DNA of 44,141 bases, taken from the NCBI GenBank assembly GCA_002633005.1, contig NMRA01000251.1, positions 379,901 to 424,041 of the forward strand. Reading direction: 5' to 3'. The stretch is from Phoronis australis. Taxonomy: Eukaryota; Animalia; Phoronida. Both the position numbers and the translations under genes were made by a program. Shown here piece after piece: positions 1 to 12,100 of this stretch. A model generated the notes under the pieces. That model was not told where the DNA came from and did not search any database. It saw only the letters and a program-made list of their open reading frames with translations. Every line of letters starts with the position of its first letter. Position 1 is the first letter of the stretch.

Positions 1-101
1 TTCTCGGACTTTTTGTTTCTCGCAGGCGTACCTTTTTGCCCACTTCGCCAAATGGGGGGGGGGCTCCTTTGAGCCCCCCGGGCCCCCTGGGTGCGCGCAT
101 G
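1..101 (-). mobile_element. Partial copy (cut by window edge) of GC-rich MITE family A
   Basis: Ends in ctgggtgcgcgcatg; its reverse complement matches the left ends of the copies at 11955-12228 and 24582-24830. Confidence 0.7.
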
Positions 102-2748
102 GATCATGATCTAAAGCAATAACAATCGACGGTTGCCAATTTTTACGAAATCGCTTCTAAGCTAATCTGAGCATGGACTACATTGAAAAGACCAGTTCTA
201 TAAGTGCGAGGTTAAAATCCAAAAATTATTCTTTACAAAAAAGTTTTTTATTAATCATATCATCGTCAGTTTTGTTTTCGTCATACTTCGACTTCCTCAA
301 TTATTGTTAACGTCATCACCATAAGCAACATGCGAATTATCAGATATTTAAGAGTCTTGTATTTATAATGGCTAAAGTTTTAACACCAGCAAATCTCTCA
401 TATTTCAGTAAAAAGTATTTCCGCTCCGTCTAATCATGCATGCGCTAACAATTTTAGTGCACGGGATGACTCGCATCACGAGTGTCATTTCTCTTGGGAT
501 CTTTCAAACACTCCATTGTTCACATAACTATTTTCGCATATCCCTCAACGTGGGTTTCTAACCAAAAGTTTCAGCTCTCGTTTGGGAAATATGACAATAC
601 AGTTTTCAGAGGACAAATACTCGTGGAGTCCTAAAACGACATGCCGCCAGTGGCTTGCACATTCGAGTGAAATTTCGACGATCCTGTGTTTAAAATGTAC
701 TATTTGAATTACCCAGCAATACCGGGACACCTCAGTTCAATGAATAAAAAATCACAATAATATGGAAGCACACAGAAAAAGTCGAATTACACGGACTTAA
801 AGGAAGCCTGCATTGTCTTCTCACTTAACACCTGTCTACACTGTGCGGCTTAAATATGAAATAATTCAGAAACGCCACTCGGAAACACACTTGTTGCATC
901 ACGTTTTTGAAAACTTACATAGTCTTGGCACGATCTGCCAAAGTTAAAAAACAACTTAACAGCAAAGTATGGGAGCAATGTCATTGCTGCGCCTCTAAAG
1001 TGTCTTGCTATAGTCCCCTATAAACACCAGAACCAAATTAGCTGATATCAAAACTTCACACAACCCTAAACCTCTTCTCCTAAACTCTACCGCACGCACA
1101 AAAAATCCCAATACACAACGACGTAACGCCGGTCCCGGGGATATTATGATTTCACGGCCGCGCCTCTAAATTCCAACTGTGGACTATAATGGCTCTCATG
1201 AAACAACTACGCCGTACCTTGAACACAGGCTAAGGAGCATTTTCACTACTTGTGTGGTGTTCAGGGATGAAGGTATGAGATTTGTAGGCCTACAGCGGGT
1301 TTGGAGTTTATAGGACAGGAATTGATGTTAGGAGAACATAGCTGGAATTTAAAGCCGCGTTTTAAGCAATTATTTCCACCTCTTTTAACTTGGGACATGC
1401 ATGCGACGTGCGTAAGCGCGTCGCATGGTTATCACCTATAGGACGCTACCATTGATTTCTTTTGTTGCGTCTTTGTTGGATAAAACAATACAGGTTGCAT
1501 GGATATCGTACCTTGGTTGCACATGAGCCAGTTACCGATAATTGCTTGCCGTTATCTTCACTGTATCAACAACAATGGATTAGACACTCTACCGATTTCT
1601 ATGTGACCAGCTTGCGATCTAGTTTCCCCGTGTTCACCAGACTCTAATGCTAAGAGGCTAGATGCGAGACAAGACGATCCTATAAAGAGATAACTTACGA
1701 TTGAATGAACTGAAGCGGTCAAATGTTAGAAGCATTGCATGTATGAAGCGTTTTGACGCCCTTTATGTTAATCCTTGCAATGGAAATAAGTCGTGTTATG
1801 GCACAAACGTTATCGGAACTGTTTTTGTAGTGGTAACTGACCCTAATTAGAAGAAAATAATGTTAAAGCGTGTTTACAGAAAATTAATTGGAAGTAATAG
1901 AATCCTATCACGAAAAACAATATTATGAGACTGATTTTATGAGCGTGAAAGACTTATTATGCAATCTACACAAAGCGAAATGCAGCGTAATGTTCACAAT
2001 TACGACAATAATCATTGTCATCTATATGCAAATGTAGAGACAATTCCCGCTACATACGTGTAGAATTTATTAGCATTTAGAAGGCTCAAAGTTATGGTTT
2101 TAATAGCATGTAGGGAAAGCGAAACGAAATTGTAACACAAAAAGGAGGCATTTTGTTTACAGTTGACTTTGTCTCCACCGTCGTCAACGTGACAAAGAGT
2201 CAACGACATATACTCGAAATTAAAATACATGTTATATAATGTACGTGATGATAACTATGGGTCATCATATCGAGATACGTGTACGTGATATGCAAGCCGA
2301 TTTAGAGGAGGCGAAACATATGTATGGTACATATCGCGTGAACTATTTTTAAGACGCACATTTACACGCACCTTTAGAGTACTAAGCGGCAGCATCTGTT
2401 TATGTGTCATGTCGGAATTGCGAAAAAACTAGTTCGGTAAAATTTCGTTGATTCAGAATTAATAAAAGAATATCCAAATACAAAGCTTGTTGCAACTATT
2501 ATCGATTTTATTTGCTGATATTAACAAAACAAAACACTTTTAGGACCCGCAAACACGCATCCTACATGATACAGCGACTTCATTTGAGCAAGATTCATGA
2601 ATTAACAAGGCCAGTCATTTAGGTAACTATCTGGGACTGTTTCATTCAACAGAGCAAGGATTTCCTGCTTGGCGTAGTAATACGCTTGCTACAGCACTGA
2701 CTCATTCATGACTCGTTGAAAAAAACGAAGTCACTGCATTATTTAGAA

Positions 2749-3108
2749 TGCGTGTTTGCTTTTCTTAAAACGCATTCTCCACCTTAATTTTCATCAAGTT
2801 TGTTGAAATTAATTGGTATTTTACGAACATGTTTACGATTTGTGCATGGTTCAGTTGTCATTTGTAAGGTGTTTTTTCAATTATTTATCACACTAACACA
2901 AGTACAGAATTGTGAGGTGTGAGTGATACTAACTATGTAAGATGAGTTAAGACAATCACCGTAAATCTCATGGATTTAGCCGGCTGAATACAATAATCCT
3001 TACGTCTTTGCCAGGGTTACTTGCTCTAGAGGCGATAACGGTTACCTTCTCTAGGGCCAAGATACGTGATAACAATTATTTCACGGCCGTATCATCACCT
3101 CATTATGA
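2749..3108 (+). repeat. Old dispersed repeat, copy 1
   Basis: Collinear blocks shared with 10096-10438 (tgcgtgtttgc, caccttaattttca, gtgagtgatacta, caattatttcacgg.cgtatcatcac). Confidence 0.7.
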
Positions 3109-3779
3109 TAAGGACGTTATCGGCGAGAAACGTTATTTTCCGAGCGCGGATTCAAACCCGCTGGCGAAGCTGCTCAATCTCACACAACAAATAAAAACAT
3201 TTTAAAGCGAGTTTAGCTTGTAAAGACCGGCATCTTTCAGCAAATGTCTAATAGAACCTCCAAGTACGATAATTGAGTTCAAGAAAACGTAGAACTGAAA
3301 TGCCTAGAATGACAGATGTCTATTTAGATTTTGAGTATAAAGAAATGGCCCCAGGCTCCGAATGTACACGTAGTGTGTTTTGAGCATTCCTTCATAAAAT
3401 TCTATATTCGCCAAAGCAATAAAATTTTACAGTCGGTTCATGTTGGCAACTCAAAACGGGCATAGTTTTCAAGGTTAATTTCATACAATGCATGGCTTCG
3501 TTTACCAATACTCATGTGCATTCAGCTTTTGTATCGCTGATTGTATTCATTATCGATGATATTCTGAGAAACCAAACTTACCAGTCCGTAGGCCTTTGTC
3601 TTATTTTCCGGTTCGATACACGTGATTTTATGTCTATTTACCCACTGTCAATCCAACCAGCGAGACAATACAAGGATGCCGGTATGTTTACTTTAATTGG
3701 CCGTAGTCATGGTAAAAAGTACACAGAAAACTAATTTAATTTTCTAAACATGCACTGTAATCCTGACATAAAATCAACA

Positions 3780-4260
3780 TCGTAACAGTAATAGTAAAAC
3801 AGCCACAGAGCAATGGCAGTAGAAATAGTGTTGCTAATAACAACAATCCTAGCTATAGCGATAGTAAAGGCATTGACTGCGGTAAAGGTAATTGTAACAG
3901 TAATAGTAAATGCAATGGCACTGGCAAAAGCAATGGCAATAGCTATACTGATAGCTATGGCAATGACAATGACAATATAAATGGTAATGACACTGTCAAT
4001 TGTAATAGCAATGGTAATGCTAACGGTAATGGCAATAGCTATAGTGATAGCTATGGCAATGACAATGACAATATAAATGGTAATGACACTGCCAATTGTA
4101 ATAGCAATGGTAATGCTAACGGTAATGGCAATAGCAATAACGATAGCAATAGTAATGGTAATAGCAACGGCAATGGTAGTGAAAGGAAGTTTCAATACCA
4201 AATAGCAAAAGCAATGAGTATGGCAACGGCAGGAGTATTAACGATAGTATTGCAGCAATA
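3780..4260. repeat. Low-complexity GCAATR/GTAATR satellite with an internal 96-bp duplication
   Basis: 3/6-nt periodicity; gctata(c/g)tgatagctatggcaatgacaatgac occurs at 3942 and 4038. Confidence 0.85.
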
Positions 4261-4336
4261 TTGTACACGAATAATAATCTTAACATAGTGCACAATTTTT
4301 TGAATTTTCGCACATTGCGAAGTACGTCTTTGTATA

Positions 4337-4774
4337 CCGGAATTTCCGTAGATAAGCCCTTGGGCGTGTATTGGGAAATGAAATTTTTTCAGGCGTTTTA
4401 GCTACACCTAATAAATGCCCGGGCGTTTATTCGGAAAAGGGGGCGTGTAAACGGTAAGCCATAGTTTTGCTTGAATTAACACTCTTTTACTTAAAACTGC
4501 GTTTTGGATTTTTTTGTTAATAAATGCGTATTTCAACAACGTCCTGTTCGTTTTTATAAATGATAAATTCTCCACAAAACTGAACTTGTGACACAAAGTT
4601 GACGGTGAGTGGCGTTTTAAGAGGAAATTTTCCAAATAAATGTCCCACACTCTGGATACTTTACACCATAAGTTGAATACCAAATAAACGCCTATGGGCG
4701 TGTATTTGGCATGATTTTGCGAATAAACGTCCATAGCCGTTTCATGGGGTGGGCTTCCCTACGGAAAATCCCGT
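4337..4774. mobile_element. Degenerate Tc1/mariner/pogo-type MITE
   Basis: TA on both sides; imperfect TIR ccggaatttccgtagataagccc / gggcttccctacggaaaatcccgt; internal gggcgt(g/t)tatt repeats. Confidence 0.5.
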
Positions 4775-4857
4775 TACTGATATATACTAGCGTGAGTACA
4801 CTAAGAAAAAATAAATTTCTGTCTTTACTGTTTTCGAAATCAATGGTGATATAACCA

Positions 4858-4945
4858 AGGTGTTTACTACACTCCTTGATAAAAAAGAGTTTACAACACT
4901 CCCTGTTATAACAAAGGAGTTGACTACACTCCTTGATATAACTTC
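4858..4945. repeat. Short tandem repeat, about 30 bp x3
   Basis: Three diverged copies of ..tac(t/a)acactcc(c/t)tg..ata... Confidence 0.6.
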
Positions 4946-5932
4946 TTGAGATCACTTTGAAGTGTTGAGCTCAGAGTGTGGGCTATTTTTACCTGTCTAC
5001 GTATGCATTGGTTTGCACGACGTTTCAATTTCCCATTTCCGTGACCATCTTTAGGTGCGCCACGGGGGCTCTTACTAAGCTGTACACGCGTACATGTAGT
5101 TGTAGAAATTATTATCATTTGTCTACGTAGCAGTGGCAATTCATTGATTAAACATACTAATAAAAATTGACATCAACCAGTATCAGCGTATAACTATTTC
5201 AAATGGTAAAGACACCGCTTTAATACAGCGATTGTCGTTCACCTCAGTGGTAGGAGAAACGCTTGCCGAAACGGAGTCATAGAAAATCCAATTTAAGTTA
5301 ATGTAAATAGTTCAATATTGACCATTAGTTTAATTTTGACATTTTCCCTATGAATGATAAAACGATGATCAGTACATTCTTATTTTTCATAGTTTTCATA
5401 AAAATAGAAAACGGGCTTATTTAAATAATACGGGCGGTTACTACAAGATTCGGAAAAATCATAAGACAAAAAGCTCTACAATTTAATTTAGGTGACTACA
5501 TTGAATATTGCTCAAATGTTCTCAGATTTGTCAGTTTCTTAAACATTGTAAAATATTCGGCATCTGAAAATATTCAAGTCAATTTAAGTCGTTGCTCGAA
5601 AACATAGACAGATGACAGTTACGTGTCTTCTTCAACTAATATTTAACTTCGATTTGATGATAAAATTCCAAACTTATTTATAGTCTTCTTTAAGAGATGA
5701 AAGTGTTGTTCTACTAAAACAAATCGTCGCTGAGTCAAGAAACGGGTAATGAAATTCGAATAGGACGGTGTCACGGTAAATAGGTTTCCATGGTATGTAA
5801 GTTTCTCACAAAGTTCCCTGAAGTACTTCTTAATGGGAACTAATGCAGTTAAGCCATTGTTACAATTTTTGCAGCAGTTGCTGACATATTCATTTTTTTA
5901 ATTGCATTGACGAATTCGCTAACTACTTACAG

Positions 5933-6126
5933 TTCACACCAAAGAAGACCCGGGGAAGGAGGCCCCGGGGAAGGAGGCCCCAGGGAAGGAGGCTCCCGGA
6001 AAGCAAGGCCCCGGGAAGGAAGCCCCCGGGATGAAGCCCAAGGAGGGATATGCTGTCACGTGCCGCTGTTTTGGGGCTCAGAAAGGCCGTGGACCGAGAC
6101 TGGACGACTCCACGAAGACCATGCAG
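5933..6126 (+). CDS. Gene A exon (PGKEA pentapeptide repeats)
   Basis: cttacag|TT CAC ACC AAA GAA GAC CCG GGG AAG GAG GCC...ACC ATG CAG|gttggt; repeat units differ mostly at third codon positions in this frame; phase 1 to 0. Confidence 0.75.
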
Positions 6127-9100
6127 GTTGGTTTGCTCAGCTGATGGTACTTTTAAACTACACCGTAATCAAAGTGTTTATAATGCAACATGTCTTGGAG
6201 GAAAAGTGCTGACAGTAATATGGTCACAGCTTCCTCTGACTATTACAGATAGCTTTCAGTCTCACCACCGCTCTCATCATCGATTACATTTTAAGGAGGG
6301 AGCAGCAAGAAAACGGAAACTATGATACCCACTCATTTATGTAGTGGACTCGAAAAGGGATATTCATGTGTAATGAACTTCAGTTAAAACGTCATGTCAC
6401 CTTTTATCGGGTTTTCTTCCAGTCACTCCACCCGTTTTTAGAGAATTGTGTAAATGAAATTCTTCAGCAGGGATTCTTGGACAGTTTGAATTTTTAACCA
6501 ATTATAGTCCTCGAAACAGCACAAAGAGAGATGCCACGTGTTGTCAATAATGAGTACATCGTCTGTCAACAAAAGTTTTTGATATACATGTATAGATAAC
6601 ATTTAAAACCCTTCAGCTGATTTGTGTAGATGGAAAAAAGGAACTTTATGAAGCGTTCAGAGCTCCCAAAGTGAGTCTTTGAGCAGGGAATTTGGTTGGA
6701 AAAGGCACCCTTTTGTAGGGAGCTTTGTCAGAAAAGGCACACCTTTGTAGAGAAGCTGGTCGTGAAAAAGTCACCCTTTTGAGCGGCACGTCCAGTATTT
6801 CTCTTATACGGTTGTACCTTGGGGCACCAACCTTCCCAATAAAGCTACAGGTGTACTATACAAATGTAGTTCACCTGGTGGGGATAGTGAGCTTGAGGGT
6901 ACGAGACATAACTGTTACAGACAGACGAGCTGTATCGGACCTGTCTGTCTGTATCACCGGTGTTACAGACAGACAGATCTGATACAGTCCGCCTGTTTAT
7001 AACATTGGTGACATCACTTCTACTACAATAGACACACTCCATTGCTTGCTCGTCTTCTAAAGCACAGACGCCTTCACTGTGTCTTACAGTTTAATGGAAC
7101 GTTTTAAACTGATGAGATACAGATCGACTGTGCTACAGAAATAGAGGTCTATAGCAAAATTTTCTGATTTTTATCGATCGCTTTTCAGAAAATTGTGCAT
7201 TGCGAAATCAAGCCTTGATGAGCCTACAATGGATATGTGGAAATACTTGAAAGCAAAACGCTAAACTTTCCATGACACACGCATTGAACTTATCGCCACG
7301 CGATTAGTCAATACAGCACTATACACCTGAATACACTCTGTACGACTGCTTGTGCGCTCTTTAACTGGCAGCATATGATTACGTGTAATTTAAAATAAAA
7401 TTACATGCGTTTTAATATGGGTGATGTTATAAGACTGGAGTGCTGCGCAGAAAAGGTATTTTTACGAGGCCGAGGGCACAGCAACCTCGACTAATAATAT
7501 CACCCATAGTAAAACACGTGTAGCATGCCAAGAATTGTACAATGACACTTGGCTTACCTCAAAGTCCAGCTGCTTCCTGGTGGTTTGGTAATTATTGCAC
7601 ACCCAGCAGAATTAATGAGGGACATACCAATGCAACATTAAACATTTCAGGTTGTAAATGTCATATTTCTTGTCCAATTTTCAAAAGTCAAAAAGCTAAT
7701 CACAAGTGAGTTTCACGAACTATTCAAGCAGCTATTTACAAACATTCAAAACAAATAATTTCAAAATACCCTTGTCACCTCCAATGTGTTTATGATGGGC
7801 CTCATTGTATAGAGGACGATAACAGCCTGAGACGATTTGATTAACCTCAATAGCATGGTGTCTTTGATCTAAACCGGCAGAATCTGTGGTGCGCAAACCG
7901 GTCGTGTAACTCAATCTCGATTCTGTTCATGGTTTAACACCATTTTTCACCGTAATCGTGAGATTATTATTGTAAGAATGTATCATTTGCCAGGTTTTAC
8001 AATTGATGTGCTCATATAAACTCAGTATTTCGGAAAATATGAAAATATTTTCAAACATACATTGCTGCTATTGGCATTTTTAACAAATCGACCCTGCGAA
8101 AAGCTTTTAACGAAATTTAATTAATTCGTTTGATTTTCTGCTTAAATAAGGTCACGCGGTACACACAGACTGTTTATTTTCCAGGATATTTGTGGAAAGA
8201 TGAAACTGTTCGCTTCTAATAACAATGGCCAAGAGGCCAAATCCGGAGAATATAAAGTGGATTTCTACGTCAGCGACAGCCCCGTGAAGCCGGTCAACGA
8301 AACGAAGCTGACGACACAGTCCATTGGTATGACTCAATCTTGCAGTGTATAAGTAATGCAGTTTGGCGCAATTTCATTAGAAAACTAAAAAATGTGCTGA
8401 TATTGATCTGGAACTTGAATATTTCATGCATTTGCCGTGCAAAAAGTCACCATTTACCCGCTTTGAGCTGTCGAACCATTTGCACGATGCGCAAATCAAA
8501 TATCAGACGTTTTAACAAAAAAATTTGCGCGTTATGTTCTCCGCCTGCTTGAATGATAATTCCTATCAACCAAGGCCGACTAAAACATTATAATTGGTTT
8601 TGGTGTGCACTCGATTGATTTGGAAACTTTCGCCTCAGTCTTCCAAGGAAAAAGCGCCAGCATCACCGAAGTTTGTTATATTTTTCAAAAGCTACACAAA
8701 CATACGTGTATATGAGGTATTTTCGACAACGTTACTTGGCAACACGACGAGTTGCAGTTTACCATGGCATAAAGGCAAATAATGCGGTTTTGAGTTGCAG
8801 CTAGAGACCCCCAGGGGTGGGCGGAGTACAACCAACCGCGTAACTTGACTGTTGACGCTGGTATTAAAAAAAATCCGCAATACTTCATTTTATATCAGGT
8901 GACCAATTTAAACTGTACAGTCACAAAATAAGAAAAAAACCCAGCCCAGAAACTACTTTTGACTGGTCTGCCTAATCTTCTTCTTTTACACATCGTGTGT
9001 TCGCGTCTTTAGTACTTCAAAACTGTTCACTATTTGTCATTAAGGTTATATACAGTGTGGTGGCTGTTTACATGGTGCATCTACACTGTATATCAAACTC

Positions 9101-12100
9101 AAACTCATAAGTAGTCTATCAAATTTCTGTTTATTTAAACAATGGAACCTCAGTTGAGAGAAAGGTATGAATAAATGGATTGTCATTAAAATCTGTTTTG
9201 TGTATTTTTAAACTGTCTTGAAGCGGAACGGTTATCTTCAGTCTGCACATATTCGGAAATCTGAGGCAGAGAACATGTTAAAATCCTCTTTTTTGCTATC
9301 CAGATAGTCCCGTTACTCGGGCCAACAACAAGTCCGACATCAGCGACGTCGCTCTTGCAGCTAAAGTGAACAAGCTGTCCGACCTCAAGTCTGTTACCTG
9401 TGGAACAAGTAAGTTATTATTTTCACTTTTTGCTTTCAACTCCAGCAATAACAACTCGGCTATTTGTGCAGCCGTAACTCAATCGATCTACCGAAAAAGA
9501 ACACGTTCATCAGCGCAAACTAAAATCCCCTAACAAACCTAGGTTGATGAAGTGCTTCGCTTGACATACATAAAAGTTATGTAGCGTATGTTATAACTGT
9601 GGGTTATTATATCGAGTTCCTTTTTGGTGATAATCAAGCTGATATAAACGAGAGCGAAATTTATCATGCATATCGCTTGAACACGAATCTTCAGAGGGCT
9701 AAGTGTGAAGTGTGTATGTAAAAATAGCAACAATTATAAAGTAATCAACATAGGGAACAAATTTGCCATCAAATAACGAATTAACAGTCAAATAGCCTTC
9801 TGCTACTTGTACTACCGGGCCAGCAGCTGAATCTAAATGTTGAGCAGACGACAAGAATCAGACATTGTGCTGAAGAAGAGCATCAATTGGTAAAATTTCA
9901 CTGAATTCGAATATTATAATAGAAAACTTGTTATAACTATCAACGATTTTGTTTGCTTATGAATTAAATATAACACGGTAAGCATGGTTCGTACCCGGAG
10001 GTTATGATGTCCGTGTTTGACGTAGTAACATGTTAACTGTAGCAACGGCTCCTTCATGACTGGTTGGCCAAATGAGGTCGCTGTATCCTTTAGGTTGCGT
10101 GTTTGCGTACTTGAACAGTGTTATCACCTTAATTTTCACCAAGCTTTGTTGAAATTAGAATTTTATTTGGTATTTGACAGATATGTTTATGACTTGTGTT
10201 TTGATTCAGTTGTATTAACACCAGTAACGTGAGTGATACTATACAAAGAGACGATTTAAACCAACTACCGTAATTCTTACGGCTTTAGTCCGCCAAATCC
10301 CGTAATCTTTACGATTTTTCCAAGGTTATGAAATTTCTCTTGAAATGATAAGGACAAGTTTACGTATTACGGACAAGTAGTTCTGACGTATTTCACGGTG
10401 TAATAACACAATTATTTCACGGGCGTATCATCACTTATGAATGTTAAATGGCGATATTTCGCAAAGTATTGCGTGTCCTCTTGTTTTCACGAGTTTTGTG
10501 ATGGGACGGACAGCATTTTTCCTTATATCGTGTCACTGTTGTGCTGTCTCGTGCACTGAATCTTTACATGTGTTTATAGGAAGCGGGGGATCCACATATT
10601 TATGTTTTTTTTTTGACGAAATAAGAAGACTTTGACGAAACATCGTTAATTTTGTTAATACTTGCTTCCATTAACATCGATTGTATAAATGTTGACCTTT
10701 ATAACTCTTCCGCGAGCTGACGCTAAGCAATCGTAGAATTTCATGCATTTCATGAAATCAATTATATAATTATTTGTTCTCCATAGGATTCCTACTGGCT
10801 GTTGCTGCAAAAGCGAACAACGCCAGCGCCAAAACCACAGACGTTTGTGGATTCGTGAACGTTGATTGTGGAGGTATGTTCAATAATCGTTGACGGATTA
10901 CAGATTAGGCTAGTTATTAGTTACAACTGAGGACCCCCCGCGTCGTAGCCCGTGAGCGGGGGCTCTTCGAAAGATGTAGTAACCGTGGGGAGAAGGATTC
11001 ATTGTGTTAACAAAAGTTTCGTTGAACGCAGATTAGCACGAATTATCAAATCCTACTTACGGCATAGAACCCCGAGAAATCTTTACCTGGCGCCGTCATT
11101 AATTAAAATTAAAGTGTTATGTCAGTTAGCAATGTGTCAATTCATTGTTTTTTTATTGATTTCTAATCAACCATTGAATGCTGCGATGGATCACTAATGA
11201 CTAGTGTGAGAGTAGTTCGCTAGAGAAATTATCAGCATTCTATTAGCAATAATTATATGCGGTATGATTCCGTTCATGCAGTGGCGTTCTTGAATTTGAA
11301 ATGTATCAATCGGATCCCATGACAATTTCAGAGGGCGATTTTGCCTTAGAAACTGCGGGGTTGCCCAAAGCACTGCAACTGCGTGGTGATGGCTCTTCTC
11401 TCAAAGAGCAACTGGAGAAACAAGGAGTCAAAAATCCCAAGGTATATTATCTCAGTTAAGCGGCTATTTGTTAACATTAGCGGAGCGGATGTGTAGAGTT
11501 CACCCTGGGCATACCAATCATGCCACCAAGGGAACAAACACATCACGCGTATGGTTGGCGCAGTGCGACATGAATCCGAATAATGTCTGACATAAATCCG
11601 GATGATGTCTGACATAAATCCGAATAATGTCTGACATGAATCAAAATTATGTCAGTCATGAATCAAATTTATGTCAGACAGAGGTAAAATAATATGATAT
11701 AAAATAATTTATGTGTGACATACATGTAGTTTTCGAGTAATATCCTTCATACTTCATTATTGTCAGCTACAATCCAATTTACAACAGATATAAATAAGAT
11801 AAGTATAATCTACCATCATTCTATTTTTATCTCAGTGACATAAATCATATTCATGCCTGACGCTATTCAGCCAATCAGAATTGTCGATACATTGTCCACG
11901 CCCACAACGCAAGCGTGGCGCGTCTTACGGACCATGCCGTTTTTCAAAGGAATCCATGGGTGCACCCGGGGGGGGTGGGGCTCGGGGGGCTCCAATGAGC
12001 CCCCCAATTTTGCGGATTGGGCAAAAAGGTTCACCGCAATGAAACAAAAAGTCCGAGCAAACGAGACAAAAGTCCACAAAGTCCACAGGAATGCGGCGCG

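Noticed and set aside
797-820. TTAA-AGG start resembling another Kolobok end
   Set aside because: I found no matching inverted terminus in the window.
3731-4201. 156-aa hydrophobic Ile/Ala/Thr ORF on the minus strand
   Set aside because: By-product of a 3/6-nt periodic satellite; no splice or domain support.
5907-6212. GEGGP collagen/silk-like ORF from the track
   Set aside because: Wrong frame: unit differences are non-synonymous here, and splicing it to 8185 hits a stop codon.
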